Shown here: positions 57,418 to 64,000 of the stretch, piece by piece
Layout: each line of letters begins with the position of its first letter
Position numbering within the stretch: the first letter of the stretch is position 1
Source of the DNA: Blastocatellia bacterium
GTDB taxonomy: Bacteria; Acidobacteriota; Blastocatellia; DASRDY01
Direction: 5' to 3'
NCBI GenBank assembly: GCA_035652355.1
Contig: DASRDY010000170.1
Span: 9,037-73,036, forward strand
Length of the DNA stretch: 64,000 nt
Made by a program: the position numbers and the translations under genes
The notes under the pieces: model-generated
Told to the model about the DNA's origin: nothing
Database searches by the model: none
What the model saw: the letters and a program-made list of their open reading frames with translations, nothing else

Positions 57418-58215
57418 ATGAGCAGCCAACCTCCGGCTTACGCCGCCGTAGATTATCAGAATACCCCAAGTGAACCGCCAAAGCTCGGCTTTGGTGCGAG
57501 ACTAATCAATGTTCTATTTTCACCATCAGAAACATTTGCCGATGTAAATCGCGCCCCCAAACCTGTATTACCCATTATCGCCGTGATCTTGCTGGGAATA
57601 ACGGGCGGATTTCTCATACAAGCCAGGCTACATCTAGATGCAGGCGCGATTATGCTTCAGAAGGTCGATGAATCACTGGCTCGACAAGGGAAAACCAGGG
57701 ACGATATGCCGCAACAACAGAAGGACGCAATTGAAGCTCAGGCTAAATTTTTCACGAAATATGGCTGGTTAACCCCTTTTCTAGCGGTTTTCGCTCCTAT
57801 AAGTTTAGCCTTTTTTGCGCTTTTGTTCTGGGTCGGAAATCTGGTTATGCAAGGCAAAGCGCAGTTTCCAAAAGTTCTTAGTGTTGTTGCTTGGTCAACG
57901 CTAGTAACAGGAATTATTCAGCTACTGTTGAATTTCGGTGGAACGTTTATCAGGAATCCCAGTGATATCGATGTGACCGAAGGAGTCATTATAACCAATC
58001 TCAGCCCGCTTGTACCGGCAAGTAACAATATAGTTTTGCATATACTTCTACAGCGGTTTGATCTTTTCACGATCTGGTTTCTGATTCTCTGCGCGATTGG
58101 ATTGGCCGCCGTTTCAAGGAAGAAGACTGCCGGCCAAATGGCGGTCATTACATTTGGATGGTGGGCGCTTTGGGTTGTTGTCCGTGTTGGATGGGCTGCG
58201 ATCTTTAAGAGTTAA
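57418..58215 (+). CDS. Yip1-like integral membrane protein
   Basis: Five TM helices. An N-terminal motif typical of Yip1/DUF1282 is present (LINVLFSPSETF). Confidence 0.5.
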   Translation: MSSQPPAYAAVDYQNTPSEPPKLGFGARLINVLFSPSETFADVNRAPKPVLPIIAVILLGITGGFLIQARLHLDAGAIMLQKVDESLARQGKTRDDMPQQQKDAIEAQAKFFTKYGWLTPFLAVFAPISLAFFALLFWVGNLVMQGKAQFPKVLSVVAWSTLVTGIIQLLLNFGGTFIRNPSDIDVTEGVIITNLSPLVPASNNIVLHILLQRFDLFTIWFLILCAIGLAAVSRKKTAGQMAVITFGWWALWVVVRVGWAAIFKS

Positions 58216-58218
58216 AAA

Positions 58219-59055
58219 CTACGCCAAAGTCAGATCAACAACCAGCGGGCGGTGATCCATTTTACCCATCGCCGCCTCGCTGACCACCCTTGATTCCTGT
58301 ACTCCCGCAACATCGACTGAAGGGCCGAAGATATAGTCGATTCGCCTGTTGTTGACCGCAGTGTAACCGGCATCTTTTCCAAGGTCCCGAAAGTATTTCA
58401 ACAGATAGTTATAAGATTCGCTGTCGTTCTTTGCATTGTCGGTATAAAGGTCCTCAGGCTTATCAGGATCGATTTCAAGGTTGAAATCTCCGGCGATAAA
58501 TACCCGATCCGTGTTGAGTTTCGATCTTGCCCAGTCAACTATATCGCCCACGAAAACGCGACGTTTTTTTGAGTTATACGTGTCGGCGTGAACGCTGATA
58601 AAAGTTACGGGAGGACGATCGTCGCTTAATTGAAAGTGAGCCGCTATCGCGGTTCTGCCTGTCTCGGTCTTGATGGTCTCAAAGCTGGCCGACTGATTCT
58701 TCACCAAAACGGCGACGGTTCGATCATCATCGCCGAGCGGAGCTACTGCACCACGGTATTTTCCATTCAGGTGGCGCAGCAGCATTTGCAATTGAGGCTC
58801 GCCCGTGATTTCCTGCAAGCCAATGACATCAGGATCGTTGTCAACGATTACCTGAGCAATATTCGGAATGTCTTTGTTATGGGCGCGATTATCCTCTTCG
58901 AGATCTGCGTACCCAATATTCCAGGTCATGACCTTTAGCTTTACGCCGGGCTTGCTCCGCTGTCCGACAATTGATCTGTCGACGCCGGGATCGAAATAGT
59001 AGGTCCCCAGAATCATCAGACCCAGCAAAACTATTAATGCGATCTTGCCAATCAT
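58219..59055 (-). CDS. Endonuclease/exonuclease/phosphatase (EEP) family protein, membrane-anchored
   Basis: The sequence reads VMTWNIGYADLE...DPDVIGLQEITGEP. It has an N-terminal TM helix. Confidence 0.7.
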   Translation of the reverse strand: MIGKIALIVLLGLMILGTYYFDPGVDRSIVGQRSKPGVKLKVMTWNIGYADLEEDNRAHNKDIPNIAQVIVDNDPDVIGLQEITGEPQLQMLLRHLNGKYRGAVAPLGDDDRTVAVLVKNQSASFETIKTETGRTAIAAHFQLSDDRPPVTFISVHADTYNSKKRRVFVGDIVDWARSKLNTDRVFIAGDFNLEIDPDKPEDLYTDNAKNDSESYNYLLKYFRDLGKDAGYTAVNNRRIDYIFGPSVDVAGVQESRVVSEAAMGKMDHRPLVVDLTLA

Positions 59056-59162
59056 AAATTCAGTGCGAAGAGTTCAGCGTCAAAAACCTCGGCGCGGTTA
59101 ACCGCCACCGAGGTAATGATACTCCACGAATGTTCCCCGCAAAACAAGCGCAGCGAATTGAT

Positions 59163-59570
59163 TTATTTTCCTGTTCGTTTTAATTCGAATGTTCCGAGGC
59201 TGTCGCCCATTGTCCAGGTGCCGCTCATCACGTCCGCCTTGACTGTTGCCGTGACCTTGGCATTCTCGCCATCAGGAGTGCTCCAGATAATTGTCCATTT
59301 GCCGTCGCCGAAAGAGACGTTGCTTGTAGTCCAGTTCCCCGCCTGGCTGAATATCTCAGCGACTATGCTCTTTCCATCTTCCTTAAAATTCACCGTGATC
59401 GATTGCTCTTCTCCGCTGGCGGTTTCCTTCCCTGTCCCTTCCCATTTCCCCAGGATCGTCTTGTTGCCTGTATTTTGAACAGCGAAGGTCGCGGCAGCAC
59501 AAACTAAGATCGCTGAAATAGTTACCAGCATCACCGTAAATCTAAATCTAGTCATATAGTTCAACCTCAT
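59163..59570 (-). CDS. Hypothetical secreted protein
   Basis: Signal peptide only. Confidence 0.35.
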   Translation of the reverse strand: MRLNYMTRFRFTVMLVTISAILVCAAATFAVQNTGNKTILGKWEGTGKETASGEEQSITVNFKEDGKSIVAEIFSQAGNWTTSNVSFGDGKWTIIWSTPDGENAKVTATVKADVMSGTWTMGDSLGTFELKRTGK

Positions 59571-59894
59571 TAAATTTTTTATCCGACGGTTTGGCGCGGC
59601 TCATTAGGAAACACGAGAATAATAAATTCAACCTTTTGAAAGCGACACGGATCTCTTGTCGCTGAAATAAAGACGGTTGGTTAATGGATAAATGTTAACG
59701 TCATCTGAATAGATTTTGGATAAATCGAAAAGATCCTCGTTTTCAAGATCTATCCATCTCGCAAAGAACAGCCTAACACCACGGTTCTTTGGGGCCGATA
59801 TACATTGGGTAGACGTGCAGGGGAAGACGTGTGCGCCGGTTACAAGATGTGTCTCGTATGCGCGCGTCGGTTAAACCCGTAACATAAATGATTT

Positions 59895-60536
59895 ATGAGG
59901 CTTAACAGGGGACGAGCAATTCTATTTACCTCGATCGCTTTTTGGCTGTTTGCCATAGGGATCGGTCTGAAATACGTTTGGAGTTACGAAATCGCGCCGG
60001 GAACGCCCGCTATCCCTTCTGCACAATGGCCTGTCGACAGTAAGATACCGAGAATCGAGGGACAGGCGACTTTGGTTTTGCTGGCTCATCCGCATTGTCC
60101 CTGCACCAGAGCTACTATTGGCGAGCTTGCCATACTGATGGCCCATTGCCAGGGCAAGGTGTCAGCCTACGTACTTTTTTACAAGCCCGCAGATTTTCCT
60201 GACGACTGGGAACAGACAGATCTTTGGCACAGTGCCGCTGCAATACCGGGTGTGAAAGTGCTGGTTGATAACGACGGCGCGGAGGCGCACATTTTCGGCG
60301 CCGCGACGTCGGGACAGGCACTGCTTTACAGCAGGAATGGGAATCTGCTGTTCAGCGGAGGCATTACAGGTTCGCGTGGGCACTCCGGGGACAACGCAGG
60401 ACGCGATGCGATAACGTCCCTGCTGCTGAGCGGAACAGCAGATCGAAAGTCGACAAATGTTTATGGATGTGACCTGCTCGGAAAGGACACAAACCCCAAT
60501 AATAAGGACGCTTGTTACGCCACAAAAGCGAAATAA
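59895..60536 (+). CDS. Hypothetical membrane-anchored protein with an HCPC motif
   Basis: An N-terminal TM helix. It ends 7 nt before the hybrid kinase gene, so it is probably co-transcribed. Confidence 0.35.
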   Translation: MRLNRGRAILFTSIAFWLFAIGIGLKYVWSYEIAPGTPAIPSAQWPVDSKIPRIEGQATLVLLAHPHCPCTRATIGELAILMAHCQGKVSAYVLFYKPADFPDDWEQTDLWHSAAAIPGVKVLVDNDGAEAHIFGAATSGQALLYSRNGNLLFSGGITGSRGHSGDNAGRDAITSLLLSGTADRKSTNVYGCDLLGKDTNPNNKDACYATKAK

Positions 60537-60542
60537 ACCACA

Positions 60543-63317
60543 ATGCCTCTTACAGCAACCGAAGAGACAGCTCGGACACTCCTCACCGAGTCACAACAGA
60601 TAAACTATAAACGAACCGATAGAATGTTCGCGGTACTGATGGCTATTCAATGGATGGCAGGTATTGGGGCAGCGTATTGGGTATCTCCGCAAACGTGGGC
60701 AGGATCTGAAAGTCATACTCATCCTCACATATATGCCGCAATCTTTCTTGGCGGAGCGATCAGCTTTTTGCCAATCGTGCTGGCTTTTGTCCGACCAGGT
60801 TTTGCTTCCACAAGATATGTAATCTCAATCGCGCAGATGCTGATGGGCGCGCTATTTATCCATTTAAGCGGCGGACGAATCGAAACCCATTTTCACGTTT
60901 TCGGCTCACTCGCGTTTCTGGCGATCTACCGCGACTGGCGTGTTCTGGTCCCCGCGACTATCGTTGTCGCACTGGATCATTTCCTTCGCGGTGTCTTTTG
61001 GCCTCAATCGGTTTATGGCGTCTTGACCGTCAGTAGCTGGCGCTGGGTCGAGCATGCCGCCTGGGTATTTTTTGAAGATACGTTCCTGGTCATATCCTGC
61101 CGCCGCAGCGCAGAGGATATGTGGCAGACAGCCCAGCAAAAAGCAGAATTGCAAAAAGCGAACGATCAGCTCGAGGTTCGAGTGGCGGAGCGCACCGCCG
61201 CACTGGCGGGCGCCAATAGCGAGCTTCAGGCCGAAATCGTCGAGCGTAAGAAGCTGGTAAAAACATTGCGTAATTACCAGAAAATTTTCCATAACGCTAA
61301 CACTGGCATCTACCAGACGACGATCGACAATAAATGTATTACAGCGAATCCGATGTTAGCCACGATCCTTGGCTATAACTCAGAGGAAGAGCTCAAAACC
61401 GGGCCTATTGCCGAGAACTCTATTTACGTGAAGTCCGATCGTCGAGATGAGTTTAGACGCCTCGTTGAGGAGCAAGGGTCGATAACGGACTTTGAATCGG
61501 AAGTCTATCGAAGAGATGGAAGCACAATCTGGGTCTCGGAAAACGCTCTCGCTCTTCGAGACGCGAAAGGGGTCTTGATCGGTTTCCAGGGGACAATGAC
61601 CGATATTACCGAACGAAAGCGGATGGAGTCTGAGCTCGAGATGGCGCGCGATATGGCGCTGGAGACGGCTCGGATGAAATCGGAATTCCTGGCCAATATG
61701 AGCCACGAGATTCGCACGCCAATGAATGGCGTGATCGGTATGACCGGTTTGCTGATGGATACGAAGCTGACCAGAGAGCAGAAAGAATACACAGAAACGA
61801 TACAAAACAGCGCCGATCTACTGCTGACGGTCATCAATGACATTCTCGATTTTTCAAAGATGGAAGCTGGCAAGCTTCATTTCGAGTCGATCGATTTCGA
61901 TTTCCGCCACGTTGTAGAAAGCTCGGTCGATCTTTTGGCAGAGCGTGCCTACGATAAAGGTGTTGAACTGGCTTCGCTGGTTTATAACGATCTGCCTGCC
62001 GGGCTTCGAGGTGATCCGAGCCGCTTGCGCCAGGTACTGGCTAATCTGATTGGCAATGCTGTGAAATTTACGGACACTGGTGAGGTTATCGTCAAAGTTT
62101 CGAAGGAAAGCGAAACCGATGACGCTGTCGTCGCGAAATTCGAAGTTATTGATACCGGAATCGGGATCAAGGATGTCGCGCAGCGGGACTTATTTCAGCC
62201 ATTCACGCAGGCCGATGGTTCGACGACTCGGCGTTATGGAGGAACCGGACTTGGCCTGGCTATCGCAAGACATTTAGTCAGCCTAATGAACGGAGATATA
62301 GGTTTTGAGAGCGAATATGGCAAAGGCTCGACTTTCTGGTTCACAGCCAAATTCGAAAAACAAGCTAGCGCCGATCCATCAATCGATTCGATGCGCGAGA
62401 ACCTTCGCGGCGCGCGCGTGCTGATCGTTGATGACAATGCCACAAACCGAAAGATACTTTTGCATCAGACCAGCTCCTGGCAAATGTTACCGTCAGAGGT
62501 CGAATCAGGACCGCTTGCGTTACGTCGATTGCGCGAAGCTGCCCAACAGAAAATGCCATATGATCTGGCCATTCTGGATTTGATGATGCCTGACATGGAT
62601 GGTTTTGAAGTCGCCAGAGCTATCAAAAATGATCCCTTGATCCGCGATATCAGGTTGGTAATGCTTACTTCCTATGGAAAACGCGGTCATAACGAAATGG
62701 CACAGGAAGTCGGAATCATGGCCTATCAGGCAAAGCCGGTTCGCCAGTCTCAGTTATTCGACTGCCTGGTTCAGGTAATGAAAGTCGGCGCTCAGAATCC
62801 GCGCTCAGCGATCGGTGATGTAATATCGCCCCTCCCATTTGAGAAACCTGCGGCACATCCACAATACAGCAGCAAGCGAATACTTCTTGCTGAGGATAAC
62901 GCCGTTAATCAACGAGTCGCAAAAAGGCAGTTGCAAAAGCTAGGATACAATCCCGATGTCGTCGCGAATGGTCGCGAAGCACTAGCCGCAGCAAAGGAAC
63001 AGTCTTACGATTTGATTTTCATGGATTGCCAAATGCCAGAGATGGACGGTTATGAGGCGACGGCAGCAATACGCCGGATTAAAACCGACAAACGAATCCC
63101 AATCGTTGCGCTAACGGCGCATGCTCTGCTCGGAGAACGGGAGAAGTGCCTGGCCGCAGACATGGACGATTATCTTACCAAGCCAGTGAATGTCGAAGAG
63201 TTGAAAGCCATGCTGGAGAAGTGGCTTTCAACCGGGTCTTGTTTGATCGGTGCTATTCAAAGTGGTCCGAGTCTCGTTAACGGTAACCAACAGGGTCCGC
63301 AAAACTATCCGATCTGA
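60543..63317 (+). CDS. Hybrid sensor histidine kinase / response regulator (membrane sensor, PAS, HisKA, HATPase_c and two receiver domains)
   Basis: 6 TM helices, then a PAS region. The H-box reads MSHEIRTPMNGVIGM. N/G1/G2 boxes are present. The receivers read VLIVDDNATNRKIL...DLMMPDMDG and ILLAEDNAVNQRVA...DCQMPEMDG. Confidence 0.85.
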   Translation: MPLTATEETARTLLTESQQINYKRTDRMFAVLMAIQWMAGIGAAYWVSPQTWAGSESHTHPHIYAAIFLGGAISFLPIVLAFVRPGFASTRYVISIAQMLMGALFIHLSGGRIETHFHVFGSLAFLAIYRDWRVLVPATIVVALDHFLRGVFWPQSVYGVLTVSSWRWVEHAAWVFFEDTFLVISCRRSAEDMWQTAQQKAELQKANDQLEVRVAERTAALAGANSELQAEIVERKKLVKTLRNYQKIFHNANTGIYQTTIDNKCITANPMLATILGYNSEEELKTGPIAENSIYVKSDRRDEFRRLVEEQGSITDFESEVYRRDGSTIWVSENALALRDAKGVLIGFQGTMTDITERKRMESELEMARDMALETARMKSEFLANMSHEIRTPMNGVIGMTGLLMDTKLTREQKEYTETIQNSADLLLTVINDILDFSKMEAGKLHFESIDFDFRHVVESSVDLLAERAYDKGVELASLVYNDLPAGLRGDPSRLRQVLANLIGNAVKFTDTGEVIVKVSKESETDDAVVAKFEVIDTGIGIKDVAQRDLFQPFTQADGSTTRRYGGTGLGLAIARHLVSLMNGDIGFESEYGKGSTFWFTAKFEKQASADPSIDSMRENLRGARVLIVDDNATNRKILLHQTSSWQMLPSEVESGPLALRRLREAAQQKMPYDLAILDLMMPDMDGFEVARAIKNDPLIRDIRLVMLTSYGKRGHNEMAQEVGIMAYQAKPVRQSQLFDCLVQVMKVGAQNPRSAIGDVISPLPFEKPAAHPQYSSKRILLAEDNAVNQRVAKRQLQKLGYNPDVVANGREALAAAKEQSYDLIFMDCQMPEMDGYEATAAIRRIKTDKRIPIVALTAHALLGEREKCLAADMDDYLTKPVNVEELKAMLEKWLSTGSCLIGAIQSGPSLVNGNQQGPQNYPI

Positions 63318-63358
63318 TAAATAAATCGTATTGTGACGCCAACCAGGTCTTCGACACA

Positions 63359-64000
63359 TCAGTTATGAGCCGCGAGGCTGGAAACGACGGTTGCGATTTC
63401 CTTCGGATCGACAGGTTTCGGCACGTGCATCTGATAGCCGGCCGCCAAAACTTTCAGTTTATCTTCCAGGCGGGCGTAGGCAGTTAAAGCTGCTGCCGGA
63501 GTTCTTCCACCCTGTTCTGGTGAAAGCGACCGCACTTTATTGATTAACACATAACCATCTTCACCTGGCATTCCTATATCCGACACCAGCACATTCGGCC
63601 GCCATTGCGAAATCATCTCCAGTGCTTCCTGAGTCGATGATGCCGTTTGAACCTCGGCCCCGCATTGAGTCAACACAACAGAGATCAAATCCAGAGCATC
63701 CATCTCGTCATCAACAACCAGAACGCGCAGCCCCGCAAGATCCGGATTGAAATCCGGGGTTTTATCGTCACATGTTTCGTAAGCACGCAGCGCAGATCCA
63801 CCCGTATTGAAACTGTCATCATTCCCAATCCCTGTCGCCTTCCAGGTCGGCAAATGAATAGTGAAAGTCGCGCCCTGGTCACTGCCGTCGCTTTCCGCTC
63901 GAACACTGCCGCCGTGCAACTCCACAAGGTTTCTGACGACCGCCAATCCAAGCCCGAGTCCACCATATTTGCGCGTAATAGACGAATCAGCCTGCGTGAA
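63359..64000 (-). CDS. C-terminal part of a second hybrid histidine kinase (end of HATPase_c plus a receiver domain), truncated at the window edge
   Basis: The sequence reads LVELHGGSVRAESDGSDQGATFTIHLP, followed by the receiver VLVVDDEMDALDLISVVL...SDIGMPGEDG. The N-terminus lies beyond position 64000. Confidence 0.7.
   Translation of the reverse strand, partial: FTQADSSITRKYGGLGLGLAVVRNLVELHGGSVRAESDGSDQGATFTIHLPTWKATGIGNDDSFNTGGSALRAYETCDDKTPDFNPDLAGLRVLVVDDEMDALDLISVVLTQCGAEVQTASSTQEALEMISQWRPNVLVSDIGMPGEDGYVLINKVRSLSPEQGGRTPAAALTAYARLEDKLKVLAAGYQMHVPKPVDPKEIATVVSSLAAHN

Noticed and set aside
1-64000. CRISPR arrays or rRNA genes
   Set aside because: No regularly spaced short direct repeats and no rRNA-like conserved stretches anywhere in the window.

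Overview
This is a 64 kb bacterial chromosomal window. An accessory, mosaic left part runs to about 44 kb; a housekeeping right part follows. Its features (two-component-regulator-propeller sensor kinase, YVTN propeller protein, split atpI-B-E cluster, about 50% GC) would fit a soil Acidobacteriota-like bacterium, but I cannot assign the taxon from sequence alone.

The left 44 kb holds the following:
- A tyrosine-integrase module with a TraD-like ATPase, a SWIM zinc-finger protein, a DUF932 protein and an orphan DNA methyltransferase (1-6.4 kb).
- A two-gene candidate defence operon (9.5-15.2 kb). It pairs a DinG/Rad3-like DEAH helicase with a fused SIR2-APAZ-PIWI protein of 1052 aa, i.e. a short-pAgo, SPARSA-like architecture. 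This is the most interesting feature in the window.
- A minus-strand sugar-metabolism operon of two ROK kinases, a YdjC/ChbG deacetylase, a pentapeptide-repeat/ion-channel fusion and a GH13-like enzyme (15.8-22 kb).
- A RelE/RHH toxin-antitoxin pair.
- A second putative integrative mobilizable element (27.1-35.2 kb). It has a large serine recombinase and a 1023-aa fusion of a TraD-like coupling ATPase with a replication-relaxation-like C-terminus, and it ends at a partial tRNA 3' fragment.
- A scarred region (35.4-44.2 kb) in which a C25-family peptidase gene is split into two pseudogene pieces around a 6.4 kb two-component cassette. Duplicated tRNA-like repeats sit near the junctions and an ISAs1-family transposase remnant lies alongside.

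The right 20 kb is core genome: atpI/atpB/atpE, an M16 peptidase, tRNA-Sec (selC), mtnP, a PfkB kinase, dapF, cutA, a radical SAM enzyme, an ABC ATPase, a hybrid histidine kinase and others. No rRNA genes or CRISPR arrays are present.
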